In this document: positions 8,971-18,232 of the stretch, piece after piece | How the letters are laid out: every line of letters begins with the position of its first letter | Numbering within the stretch: position 1 is the stretch's first letter | Assembly (NCBI GenBank): GCA_004298075.1 | Contig: SCRK01000215.1 | Location: forward strand, 1-47,489 | Length of the DNA: 47,489 nt | Direction of reading: 5' to 3' | From: a bacterium | Lineage (GTDB): Bacteria; Omnitrophota; Gorgyraeia; Gygaellales; Profunditerraquicolaceae | Made by a program: the position numbers and the translations under genes | The notes under the pieces: generated by a model | Database searches by the model: none | The model's input: the letters and a program-made list of their open reading frames with translations, nothing else | What the model was told of the DNA's origin: nothing

Positions 8971-9958
8971 TGTATACTCCGGTTTTATATTTGTTCAGGT
9001 TTTCCTCTTTTTTAAACCAGGAAATCGTCTCCTCCAGCCCCTTCTCTAGACCATATTGCGGCCGCCACCCGGTCAACTTGATTATTTTCTTGTTGCTACC
9101 GATAAGCCGTTCTACCTCGGAATCTTTGGGCCGCTTGCGTTCTTTTTCAACAATGATTTTTACTCTTACATTAAGCTTCTTAGCCAAAACCCTAACCAGC
9201 TTCTCGATAGATATCCCGGTACCGGTCGCAATATTGATTTCTTCTCCCACAGCATTGTTAGAAACGGCAATCTTTAAAAAAGCCCGGCATACGTCAGTTA
9301 CATAATTAAAATCACGGATGGGTGTCAGATTACCTAAATGTATCTCTCTATCCCCTGCCAATAGCTGGGTAATGATCGTGGGAATTATTGCCCGCGCGGA
9401 TTGCCGCGGGCCGTAGGTATTAAAAGGCCGGGCAATTACAACCGGCAGGCCAAAAGACCGGTAAAAAGATTCCGCCAGGCGGTCAGCGGCGATCTTGGTG
9501 GCGCTATAAGGAGACTGAGCCTGCAGGGGATGCTCTTCATCAATAGGCACATATTGAGCCGTTCCGTAGACTTCCGAAGTTGAAGTGATAATCACTTTTT
9601 TTGCCCCAACCTTGCGTGCCGCCTGCAACACATTCAATGTGCCTTTGACATTAGTCTCTACGTAAGAATCCGGGGAGTTGTAGGAAAAAGGGATGGCGAT
9701 TAGAGCGGCAAGATGAAATATTAAATCGCATCCTTCCATAGCATTTTCGACACCGTGGGGATCACGAATATCTCCCGGGATGACTTCAATCTTCTTGATT
9801 TTCTTCCCTTGAAGAGAATCCAGCCATCCCCAGGAATTAAAAGAGTTGTAGTAGGCAAAAACCTTTACATCGCAGCCCTGATCAACCAGAAATTCAGTTA
9901 GATGGCTTCCTATAAAACCGTCAGCTCCCGTCACCAATATCTTTTTTCCTTTAAACAT
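8963..9958 (-). CDS. NAD-dependent nucleotide-sugar 4,6-dehydratase, LegB-like extended SDR
   Basis: 331 aa. Contains ILVTGADGFIGSHL, YYNSFNSWGWLDSL, TSTSEVYGTAQYVPIDEEHP, SPYSATKIAAD (YxxxK) and ARPFNTYGPRQSARAIIPTII. From memory these blocks match the Cj1319/LegB-type dehydratase family. Confidence 0.7.
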   Translation of the reverse strand: MFKGKKILVTGADGFIGSHLTEFLVDQGCDVKVFAYYNSFNSWGWLDSLQGKKIKKIEVIPGDIRDPHGVENAMEGCDLIFHLAALIAIPFSYNSPDSYVETNVKGTLNVLQAARKVGAKKVIITSTSEVYGTAQYVPIDEEHPLQAQSPYSATKIAADRLAESFYRSFGLPVVIARPFNTYGPRQSARAIIPTIITQLLAGDREIHLGNLTPIRDFNYVTDVCRAFLKIAVSNNAVGEEINIATGTGISIEKLVRVLAKKLNVRVKIIVEKERKRPKDSEVERLIGSNKKIIKLTGWRPQYGLEKGLEETISWFKKEENLNKYKTGVYNV

Positions 9959-9964
9959 GTTATT

Positions 9965-11134
9965 CTATCCCCTTCCTGCATTTATTGTCTTATTATAAAT
10001 ATTCATCAGTTCATTATAGTTTTTCTCTTTATCGAACCGTTCCCGGAATGTTCTATTTGCGTTCTTACCCATTTCTATGCGCTCTTTATCATGGGAAAAA
10101 AGATAAGATATTTTTTCAGCCAGCCCTTTGGCGTTTCCGGGCTCGAATAAAAGGCCGTTTAACCCGTCGATAACAAATTCTTTGATTGCGCCCAGATTGC
10201 TTGCGATAACCGGTTTGGAGAAAGCGAAACTTTCAACTATTACCATCGGCATGTTTTCATAGCATTCAGAAGGAAAAATTACGAAAGAAGATTTTCTTAT
10301 TGCTTCAAAAACAACTTCCCTGCTCACTTTTCCCAATAATTCTATATTATTATGAGAAGAGGCAAAATGACACAGCTTATTTTCCAGGGGCCCCTCACCG
10401 ATGATCTTTAAATGAAGAGAAGGAAGTGATTCAAAAGCCGCTGCCAGTGTATTAACCCCTTTATAATCAACAAACCTGCCCAGGTACAAAGCGTAATTAT
10501 CGTCTTCCCCGGCCTCCTGGCCTTCAATCGCCAAGAAATTAGTCTTTAAAAATATTTTCTTCTCATCCAGCCCGAACTCAATTAATTTATTCTTACTAAA
10601 TTCGCTTGTTACTATATATGAATTTATATTTTTAAAATAATGATTCCTCCTGAAAGTAAACTTGGACAACAAGCATGAAAGGATAAAAGAACCTTTCCAG
10701 CATCTGCCGGAGGCCGCATTAAGAAACTGCTTATCCTTGCATTTTTCGCAGGGTTTCCCGTTGCGAAAAAAAGTCCCATTGATACAGAAAAATCTGTAAT
10801 TATGCAGGGACTGGACGATCGGCACCTGTTCTTCTTTTAAAGCCAGATACACCGATGGGGTAATACAAAAAAAGATATTGTGAATATGGGCGATATCCGG
10901 TTTTTCCTTTTTTACTATCTCTTTTACTTCTTTATAAACATCCCTGGAGAAATTAATCCCCCGGAACATAAAAAGAACTTTCTTAAGAAATGGTAATTTT
11001 TTAAGATATTCATTTGACTTCTCATAAATGATGACCTTATGCCCATGCTCCTCTAAGAGGCTAACTTCCGCGCTGACTACCTGGTCTTCGCCGCCTTTTT
11101 CTAAATAATGGTTATGGACGATCAGGATCTTCAT
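9965..11134 (-). CDS. GT4-family (GT-B fold) glycosyltransferase
   Basis: 389 aa. Starts MKILIVHNHYLEKGGEDQVV. The C-terminal part reads LKIIGEGPL...FPSECYENMPMVIVESFAFSKPVIASNLGAIKEFV, which is an E-x7-E type motif. Confidence 0.8.
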   Translation of the reverse strand: MKILIVHNHYLEKGGEDQVVSAEVSLLEEHGHKVIIYEKSNEYLKKLPFLKKVLFMFRGINFSRDVYKEVKEIVKKEKPDIAHIHNIFFCITPSVYLALKEEQVPIVQSLHNYRFFCINGTFFRNGKPCEKCKDKQFLNAASGRCWKGSFILSCLLSKFTFRRNHYFKNINSYIVTSEFSKNKLIEFGLDEKKIFLKTNFLAIEGQEAGEDDNYALYLGRFVDYKGVNTLAAAFESLPSLHLKIIGEGPLENKLCHFASSHNNIELLGKVSREVVFEAIRKSSFVIFPSECYENMPMVIVESFAFSKPVIASNLGAIKEFVIDGLNGLLFEPGNAKGLAEKISYLFSHDKERIEMGKNANRTFRERFDKEKNYNELMNIYNKTINAGRG

Positions 11135-12747
11135 GTGGTTTCATTTTTGAATAAATAAGCGAAGGTTATCCCAAATAAGCTCCATAATGGAATCGCGGTA
11201 TAGGGCATCTCTAAAATTTCCAGGAAATTGGCGGCAACGAACCAATTGATCAATATGCCCGTTAGAAGAATACCGTTTATGGAACTTACCTGGAATGATT
11301 TTCTGACCATAATCAACAACATCCCCAGGATAAAGATAAAAAAGATTATACTTAAGACCCCGGAGCGGTATAAGATATCAATATAGCCATTATGGAAACA
11401 AACCCAGCCATCCCTGCCCCAATCGGATATTGCCCATTTTGTAACTTGCAGAGAATGAGAAAGAAAAGGCTTGCCGAAATCAAAACCAAAGACAGGTTTA
11501 TAATTCATGATGTCGTTTAATGCGTCTTGCCATATAAAAATCCTGAATAAACTATTCGCATAGTCGGTTTCCAAGTCTCTTTTTTCGGGCATCTTGTTTA
11601 GCGGTAGAACATTTTGATCAGGGGGCATCTGTTCATTACTCTCAGTGTTTTCTGACTTACTCGCTTCCGGAATGCTGGTTGATGGCAACGGGCTTTGAAC
11701 AACCGCTAGCTGTTCAGCATTATTAGTGCTTGAGACTTCTGACTTACTCGCTTCCGGAATGCTGGTTGATGGCAGAGAAACTTGAATCTTCTTCTCGTTC
11801 TTGGGCTTAGTTCTTTGATCGATAAATTCTTGAATCTTACCAAATTTTAAATTTGGCCTTATATCATCTTCATAGTCCGGATTGTATAAATTAACTTCAT
11901 ATTTTCTTGCAACAAAGTGCTTTTTTCTCTCCGATATTAACATTCCCCTGGCCTTATATTTCTTTTGTAATTCACCGATACCTATCAATGATTTAAGATG
12001 GTCTTTGTTAGCGATCTTGACCGCGCCAAAAACAATAAAAGCAACAAACAAAAACAAAATTGCCACTTTATGGCTCTTCTTAAGCTTTAAGATAAGCAAA
12101 AACCCGATTAATATAAATAATAGCGAAATAAAATTACTTACCATAAAAGTTCTGGCGGTATCAAAAAAGAATCTATAAGGAAACACTAATAGTAAAATGA
12201 AATAACATAAATATCTGATCTCTCTTTTGGGATAAGAACGGATTAAAACAAAAGTCAGTATAGAACAAGTTAATATAAAATAATAATAAAAAGTAAGAAA
12301 TTTGAATATGAACAGGAATAAAACAATTAAAAGTATTTTAAATCTATTATTAAAGAAACCCTTTTTGAAAAATGAGTAGCTAAAAACAGCGAATAAAGGA
12401 TAGTAAAACAAAGCGGCGTGCCTGAAAGACAGCGGACCCCAATTAATATAACCGATCAAAGTTTTTACAATGATAAAAAAGGCGTACGCTATGAGGAGAT
12501 TGATTATTTTCTTAGGTAAAGTTATTATCTTAGGGATGGCTAATATGGCGCAAAGGAGAAATAATATTTCACCTATAAAAATTGGGATATTAAGTCCCGG
12601 TAGATTAATATGCAGCTTGGCAAACGGCCTGTAAAATAGGACATAGCCGAGCGATACCAGCCCAAGAAACAGCAACCCGGCATTATCAATAATTTCATTC
12701 GCTTTTATCTTCCTGAGAAAGTCCGGCTTTTTCATCCCTCTCTCCAA
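11131..12747 (-). CDS. O-antigen ligase/polymerase-like membrane protein (Wzy_C type) with a long hydrophilic Ser/Pro/Glu-rich loop
   Basis: 538 aa with many helices. The C-terminal block FRIFIWQDALNDI...PVFGFDFG...FHNGYIDILYRSGVLS resembles the PF04932 motif (R..W......G.G.G.....HN.yl..l...G). The loop carries the peptide LPSTSIPEASKSE twice. Confidence 0.65.
   Translation of the reverse strand: MERGMKKPDFLRKIKANEIIDNAGLLFLGLVSLGYVLFYRPFAKLHINLPGLNIPIFIGEILFLLCAILAIPKIITLPKKIINLLIAYAFFIIVKTLIGYINWGPLSFRHAALFYYPLFAVFSYSFFKKGFFNNRFKILLIVLFLFIFKFLTFYYYFILTCSILTFVLIRSYPKREIRYLCYFILLLVFPYRFFFDTARTFMVSNFISLLFILIGFLLILKLKKSHKVAILFLFVAFIVFGAVKIANKDHLKSLIGIGELQKKYKARGMLISERKKHFVARKYEVNLYNPDYEDDIRPNLKFGKIQEFIDQRTKPKNEKKIQVSLPSTSIPEASKSEVSSTNNAEQLAVVQSPLPSTSIPEASKSENTESNEQMPPDQNVLPLNKMPEKRDLETDYANSLFRIFIWQDALNDIMNYKPVFGFDFGKPFLSHSLQVTKWAISDWGRDGWVCFHNGYIDILYRSGVLSIIFFIFILGMLLIMVRKSFQVSSINGILLTGILINWFVAANFLEILEMPYTAIPLWSLFGITFAYLFKNETT
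11650..11774. repeat. Exact 38-nt direct duplication (11650..11687 and 11737..11774) with an 87-bp period, in frame inside the Wzy-like CDS
   Basis: ttctgacttactcgcttccggaatgctggttgatggca occurs twice, 87 nt (29 codons) apart. Each copy encodes LPSTSIPEASKSE on the minus strand. Confidence 0.9.
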
Positions 12748-13637
12748 CTCAATTTATTCCTAAAATATACTAATAAAAATAAATAGGTAGATTTTAGTTT
12801 TATTTCCAGGTCTTTAGCCCCCATTGAGCTCTTAAACAAGCTCAAGGCTTCATCATATGACCCCATGTTTTTTTTCATCTTAGCTATAATATAATCCCGG
12901 CAAATCCTGGCTTCTGTTTTCTCACTGCCTAACAAATGATCCAGATGCCTGGAATAAACCTCCTTGATCCTTTCAATATGTTTCTCAAACCTGCCGGAGA
13001 TATTCTCCTGGTCCTTCCAGTAGGCGCCCAAGCTTTTCGGTATATACAAGAACCTTTCGGTTACCCGAGATATCCTCAGCCATAAATCATAATCTTCAAC
13101 GCCGATAAGCCGGCTATCTTCATTAAATCCTCCAGCCTTTTTAAGAAGAGACCTCCTTATACAACTAGAAGAATTCTTAATACAATTTCCTCTCTTCAAC
13201 AGGTCGTTAAAAAATGGCAATGAAGGTTTTCTCCCTTTTTCTTTGCGTAATGACTTCCTCCGGAAAGTAAAAATATCAAGATCGTGATAAATAAAATCTG
13301 CCTCGTCCGTAACCTTTCTAATACTTCCTAGCTTGCCGGGATACCACCAGTCATCATCATCCAGGAAACATACCCATTCTCCACCGGCTATAGCCAGTCC
13401 CCTGTTCCTGGGATGAGCCGGGCCGGCAAGCTTATTATCTTTAATGTAGCGAACCGGAATTTTCTTTTTGAACTCTTCAACCACTCTTTCCGTATGATCG
13501 GTCGAACCGTCATCGCAAACGATAACTTCGAAATCCTGAAAACTCTGTTTCTCAAGCGAAATCAAGGCCCGGCGGAGTTTTTCGGCCCTGTTTAAAGTAG
13601 GTATGATCACGGAAAAAAATGGGGCATCCTTATGCAT
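12732..13637 (-). CDS. GT2-family glycosyltransferase
   Basis: 301 aa. Contains FFSVIIPTLNRAEKLRRALISLEKQSFQDFEVIVCDDGSTD and FLDDDDWW (DxD motif). Confidence 0.85.
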   Translation of the reverse strand: MHKDAPFFSVIIPTLNRAEKLRRALISLEKQSFQDFEVIVCDDGSTDHTERVVEEFKKKIPVRYIKDNKLAGPAHPRNRGLAIAGGEWVCFLDDDDWWYPGKLGSIRKVTDEADFIYHDLDIFTFRRKSLRKEKGRKPSLPFFNDLLKRGNCIKNSSSCIRRSLLKKAGGFNEDSRLIGVEDYDLWLRISRVTERFLYIPKSLGAYWKDQENISGRFEKHIERIKEVYSRHLDHLLGSEKTEARICRDYIIAKMKKNMGSYDEALSLFKSSMGAKDLEIKLKSTYLFLLVYFRNKLSWREG

Positions 13638-13640
13638 ATT

Positions 13641-15599
13641 TTAACCCAATAGTCTCATCCATCTGCCAAGGTCAGGATCAAGAAGCCAATATCTTTCTAT
13701 GAATTTTTTATAATACAGGTAATCATGCAGCTTAAAGCCATTTCCGATCTTATCCATCAATGAACTTAATTCTCCGGGAGTGCTTACTTTGTGGCAATAA
13801 CCCTCAAAATCAGCTAATGGGTTCATCAGCATTACATCGGAAAGTATCGGCACAATTATCTCGCAACCGAATGCCAATGCTTCAATTGATACTGCGCTAG
13901 ATGCTACTAGTATCGCGCTGGCTTGACCTAGAAAACCTGCCAAATTACCTTCTTTGATAATATAATCCGTATCCGAGGGATCGATCCGGGCCTCCTTGAA
14001 CGCTTTTTCAAACGGCATTGCCGGGTGCCCTTTAAACCAGATAGCCGGTTTATCACAACATCTTCCAAAGGAGGCATAAACAAAATTCAACAAAGAAACT
14101 GATTCTTTAGCGTCGATAGAGCCAATGACCAGCAGTACCGGTTCTTTCTGTTTAAAAGGCAACGGATTAGAAATGATTTTCTTAAGGTGCAGGTGCCGTA
14201 AGGCCTCGACGATCTCAAGATTTTTATATCCTGAATCCGCTAAAAGCTTACTCATCAATTCTCCGTTACAGGCAAGAATATCAGGCAAAGGCAATGCCCC
14301 CTTACCATCTCTATCGGTAATCTCCTCCAGATCATAAAAATAACTTAAATAATTCCTGGAAACACAGGTGTGCTGAAAACCAATTGTTCGCAAGGCAGGC
14401 CTTTGGTTATGCTTGGCAGAATTAAGCGCCTTTTCCCAGGCCTGCATTTCGGAAAAATATAGGCAATCTTTTAATCCTGGCACTTTTTTAAACAACTTAT
14501 TAAAAATAATAGCATATAGGATACCTTCCATGCCCGGCCTTCCGGAAAAAGATTTCCTCCATAATGGTTTTACCAGGGGCGCGGCCCAAGAAGACAAAGG
14601 CTCAGAAATACACTTCTTTCTTACGGCAGGGAAAAGAAAGCTGCTGGTAATTACCTGTAAGGCCCATAAATATAACCCTTTGATTACATCCGAAAAAGAA
14701 ATAAATTCCTCTAAGAAAAATATATTCTCTCCGTTTTTGATAAAATCCCTGGTTAAAGAAATGGAGCTTCTAAAATTTATGCCCTCCATCGGTACATAAA
14801 TGAAAACCCAGCATATAGCCTTACCCTTATCCTCTAGTTTATCCTGCAACGGCAAAAAATATTTATTCTTAAATACCCCCTTTAAAGCAGCTTCCTTATC
14901 AAATGACGGGAAATAAGTCACGAACAAAGATGAGCCCTCCGGAGGAAGCCTTTTTTTGAAATCACCCAGCCGCTGGCGCAGTAAACAACCACGCGAATAA
15001 AAACGAAACAAAGTAGCTATGCCGCTAGATAATTCCAATAATTTTAAACGCCCCAGTATATTAAATACCGCTTCCTTTATTGATAAACCGGAGCGGGCAA
15101 GAAAAACAAACCGCATATTCAGGTTTTTCCCAAGACTCTCAAACGCCCTTCTTATGCCATAATCGGAGAGAGAAACCGCGCAGGCGGAATACATCTTATT
15201 TACAAGAAGGCTTTCGACTGCCCGGATTTGCGCTATCCGAAAGAAAAAATCAGTCTTTAAAGTGTTTTTCTCGGAAATATAGCTGAACCACCAGGTGCTG
15301 ACATTGAGCCAGGGCAAAACTAACCAATCCTCAAGTGATCTGTTCTTTATTTTGCTTCTCCCTATTTCAGCCGACCAACTGCTTAGCCTGTCTCTTAAAT
15401 AATAAACCTGCTCATTTATAAGAACCGGTGAATTAAGAATCACGAGCGAAGCTAGGCCTTGCGATTCCAAAGTATCCTTCACTTGCTGGATCAGCTTATA
15501 GTCGCTTGTCAAAGGAAAGAGGTCAACTCTGTCATATCTCTTTAACCGGCAAAGAGAATTAAGTTTGATATGCTTATCAAAAACCAACAAAATATTCAT
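13641..15599 (-). CDS. Large uncharacterised soluble protein, possibly a GT-B-like surface-carbohydrate transferase
   Basis: 652 aa with no motif I can name. The C-terminal ~170 aa (PVLLVIGSID...IWFKGHPAMP...ILVASSAVSIEALAFGCEIIVP) has the look of a GT-B C-terminal Rossmann half. The coding call is solid (long ORF in the operon frame) but the function is unknown. Confidence 0.4.
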   Translation of the reverse strand: MNILLVFDKHIKLNSLCRLKRYDRVDLFPLTSDYKLIQQVKDTLESQGLASLVILNSPVLINEQVYYLRDRLSSWSAEIGRSKIKNRSLEDWLVLPWLNVSTWWFSYISEKNTLKTDFFFRIAQIRAVESLLVNKMYSACAVSLSDYGIRRAFESLGKNLNMRFVFLARSGLSIKEAVFNILGRLKLLELSSGIATLFRFYSRGCLLRQRLGDFKKRLPPEGSSLFVTYFPSFDKEAALKGVFKNKYFLPLQDKLEDKGKAICWVFIYVPMEGINFRSSISLTRDFIKNGENIFFLEEFISFSDVIKGLYLWALQVITSSFLFPAVRKKCISEPLSSWAAPLVKPLWRKSFSGRPGMEGILYAIIFNKLFKKVPGLKDCLYFSEMQAWEKALNSAKHNQRPALRTIGFQHTCVSRNYLSYFYDLEEITDRDGKGALPLPDILACNGELMSKLLADSGYKNLEIVEALRHLHLKKIISNPLPFKQKEPVLLVIGSIDAKESVSLLNFVYASFGRCCDKPAIWFKGHPAMPFEKAFKEARIDPSDTDYIIKEGNLAGFLGQASAILVASSAVSIEALAFGCEIIVPILSDVMLMNPLADFEGYCHKVSTPGELSSLMDKIGNGFKLHDYLYYKKFIERYWLLDPDLGRWMRLLG

Positions 15600-15602
15600 C
15601 TA

Positions 15603-16490
15603 TTATTTCCCGTACATTTCATAGAGGCACTCAAGTATGCCCTGGCCCATATCTACATAAAGATGATTAACAAGTTTTTGGCCTATTTTGGGGGTAAAAG
15701 AATATGGAGCGTAATCATAATGGTCGTTATTTATCTTTTCTGAGAATTTTATCTTAACATCTTTGCCTAAGATCTCTCTGAGAATAGACACCATATCTTT
15801 GAATTTCATCGGGTGATGCCCGGCAATGATAATATGTTTATCCCGAAATTCATCCTTAAGGATATCGACGCTGAGCCTGGCGGCATCGCGAACATTGATA
15901 TATTCCCGGATCTCATTGCCGCTGCCAGAACAAAAAACGCATCCTTTTTCCTTGGCCTGTTTCAGATACCTATATACGCTATTCTTTTCATTTGCCCTTG
16001 ATCCATACAAAGAACCATAGCGCAGGATGGTATAATCAAGGCCGTAGCGGCGCCCATACTCTTCGATGTACAACTCCGAAGACTGTTTGCTGCAGCGGTA
16101 GAATCCGCCTTTTTGGCTATAGACATAGATGCTGCTGGCATAGATGAATCTCTTGGCTTTGGCTTTTGCCGCCGCTTCCAATATATTTAAATTCCCCATC
16201 ACATTTAACCTGACGGTATCGAGCGATTTTGTCCTGGCGTCATCAAGATCGGATATACCTGCGAAATTATACACATAGTCGCACCCGGATACGGCATCAA
16301 GCACCTTTCTGGGTTCCATGATATCTCCCACAATCATATTCTGGCCCTTAGCCAGATAGGGAGAGCGCTTTAAATCAAAGATCGTGACTTTATGGCCCCT
16401 GCTGCTTAATTCATCCGCGACGTGACTTCCTAAAAAACCGGAACCACCAAACACAATGGTCTTAGTTTTCATTTTATCTCTCCTTATCAA
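15603..16490 (-). CDS. Extended-SDR NAD-dependent epimerase/dehydratase
   Basis: 295 aa. Contains IVFGGSGFLGSHVADEL, ASSIYVY and YRCSK (YxxxK). Confidence 0.8.
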   Translation of the reverse strand: MIRRDKMKTKTIVFGGSGFLGSHVADELSSRGHKVTIFDLKRSPYLAKGQNMIVGDIMEPRKVLDAVSGCDYVYNFAGISDLDDARTKSLDTVRLNVMGNLNILEAAAKAKAKRFIYASSIYVYSQKGGFYRCSKQSSELYIEEYGRRYGLDYTILRYGSLYGSRANEKNSVYRYLKQAKEKGCVFCSGSGNEIREYINVRDAARLSVDILKDEFRDKHIIIAGHHPMKFKDMVSILREILGKDVKIKFSEKINNDHYDYAPYSFTPKIGQKLVNHLYVDMGQGILECLYEMYGK

Positions 16491-17490
16491 GCTTTTTTAA
16501 TTTATCGATCTGGGTCTCCCTCAAATAGCATCCCCTGCAAGCGGTAATAGTATGTGATTTACCGGCCATATGAACAGCTCTTAACTCGATCAATGCTTTC
16601 GAATTCCAGGCCTCTTTTATACTCGTCGTGCTGATATTACCTAAATCCAGAAGGCCCCGGTAATCTTCATTGCAGGGCAAAATCGTGCCATCGCACCAAA
16701 CTACCACTCTCTGCCAGAGCTGATGACAGGCCCAGGGATAAATAAGGGGCTTGGCGTGCTGCTGCAAAGAAATCTCTTTTTTATATTCAATGACGGAAAT
16801 TTCATCGGCATAGGGGCCCCAGAATTTCTTATAACCGGACAAATAACCATCCATATCCTTGCTGATCTCAGGCAACAAGACCGATTGGATCCGGATCAAC
16901 GGTTTGGTAAGCCCTCTTTTTTGGCGCAAAGCCCAGAGATTCCTAACATTCCTGAGTAAAGTTTCGAATTTTGCCTTAATCCTATAACGCTCATAAAAAT
17001 CCTTCCTGAATCCCTCGATCGAGATCGAGATCCGGTCAAGCCCGGAATTAATTAACCCCTTAGCCTTGGCTTCCGACAAAAGCATCCCATTAGTGTTAAA
17101 ATAAACATCGATAAGGCCGCATTTCTTGGCGTATCTAACGAACTGTGTTAATTCCGGATGCAAAAGAGGCTCACCCCGGTCATTGAACTTGACCCCATAA
17201 AGCCCATTGTGCTTTCCCTCATCTAAAATCTTACGAACAAATTTCGCAGGAATAAATTGTTTTCTTTTACTTGCATCCAAATAAGTAGTAGCGCAGAAAC
17301 TGCAACGCAAGTTACAGGCATTGGTCACCTCAATATCGATAAAAAGCGGGAAATCACCTGCTTCAAAGTTTACCGGCTGCTCTCTCCAGCGCCTGCGATA
17401 TTCCCGGAACGCAGGGTCATTGCTCTTAAAAAGGCTGCGTCCGGAGATATTCTTATAAAGAGGCACCGGCGTAACTTTAACTTTTTTCAT
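16474..17490 (-). CDS. Radical SAM protein with an abbreviated SPASM/Twitch-like C-terminal domain (paralog A)
   Basis: 338 aa. Has IEVTNACNLRCSFCAT (CxxxCxxC), then CHQLWQRVVVWCDGTILPC (C-x12-G-x4-C) and CRGC near the C-terminus. Confidence 0.85.
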   Translation of the reverse strand: MKKVKVTPVPLYKNISGRSLFKSNDPAFREYRRRWREQPVNFEAGDFPLFIDIEVTNACNLRCSFCATTYLDASKRKQFIPAKFVRKILDEGKHNGLYGVKFNDRGEPLLHPELTQFVRYAKKCGLIDVYFNTNGMLLSEAKAKGLINSGLDRISISIEGFRKDFYERYRIKAKFETLLRNVRNLWALRQKRGLTKPLIRIQSVLLPEISKDMDGYLSGYKKFWGPYADEISVIEYKKEISLQQHAKPLIYPWACHQLWQRVVVWCDGTILPCNEDYRGLLDLGNISTTSIKEAWNSKALIELRAVHMAGKSHTITACRGCYLRETQIDKLKKLDKER

Positions 17491-18230
17491 CTACGATAGG
17501 GAGTCTTTGTCCTGCTAAAACCATGTGATTTAAGCCAATGTTCGCTGGCTTGCAAACCTTGCTTGTCATCTACATCTAAACCACCCTGTTGAATAATGGG
17601 GAAAATACGCTTGCCCATCCAGGGAAACGGAGGTTGGCCGTCGGTGAAATCCATGCATCGGGGCCGGATAATCCATAATGAAGCATCGCAAAAATAGATA
17701 TTACCCGTGCATTTCCGGTCACAGGTTACCTTAATGCCAAGCTTCTTGGCGTCTATTGCCGGAATAAGCGCGCCGTCTTTACCTATCTTTTTTGCCCGAA
17801 CCGGGCTATATTGGTTCAGGAGGCCAACTGTAGCAACAGAATCGAGAAACGGATCTTTTTTCAGCTCCCTAATCCCCTTATCTATGTTTTTTGTCAAAAC
17901 TGTAGCGGCATTGCAAAGTAGGATAACTATCATCTCCGGGAGTTCCCCTAAATCTTTTGAAATATATTTAACCCCATGCCGCAATACATCCTCCAGCAAG
18001 GCTTTGTCTGTAGCCAATATTTTTGGCCGAGCTATTATCCTGGCTTTATGCCTCAAAGAAATATTTGCAATCTTCTCTGAATCCGTAGAAACATATATCC
18101 TTTCGATGTGCTTTGAATGTAATGCGGCCTGTAAAGGATACCACATCAATGGCCTGCCAAAAATAGGGTAAATATTTTTATTCGGCACGCCTTTACTACC
18201 CTTTCTTCCGCAGAGTAAAGCGACAACCAT
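17487..18230 (-). CDS. Acylneuraminate-type cytidylyltransferase (CMP-nonulosonate synthetase family, NeuA/PseF/LegF-like)
   Basis: 247 aa. Contains VALLCGRKGSKGVPNKNIYPIFGRPLMWYPLQAAL and RIYVSTDS, the CTP_transf_3 signature. Confidence 0.8.
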   Translation of the reverse strand: MVVALLCGRKGSKGVPNKNIYPIFGRPLMWYPLQAALHSKHIERIYVSTDSEKIANISLRHKARIIARPKILATDKALLEDVLRHGVKYISKDLGELPEMIVILLCNAATVLTKNIDKGIRELKKDPFLDSVATVGLLNQYSPVRAKKIGKDGALIPAIDAKKLGIKVTCDRKCTGNIYFCDASLWIIRPRCMDFTDGQPPFPWMGKRIFPIIQQGGLDVDDKQGLQASEHWLKSHGFSRTKTPYRR

Positions 18231-18232
18231 CC

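Noticed and set aside
11650-11774. CRISPR-like or tandem-repeat locus
   Set aside because: There are only two copies. They lie in frame inside a CDS, with no further repeats and no cas genes. This is an internal gene duplication, not an array.
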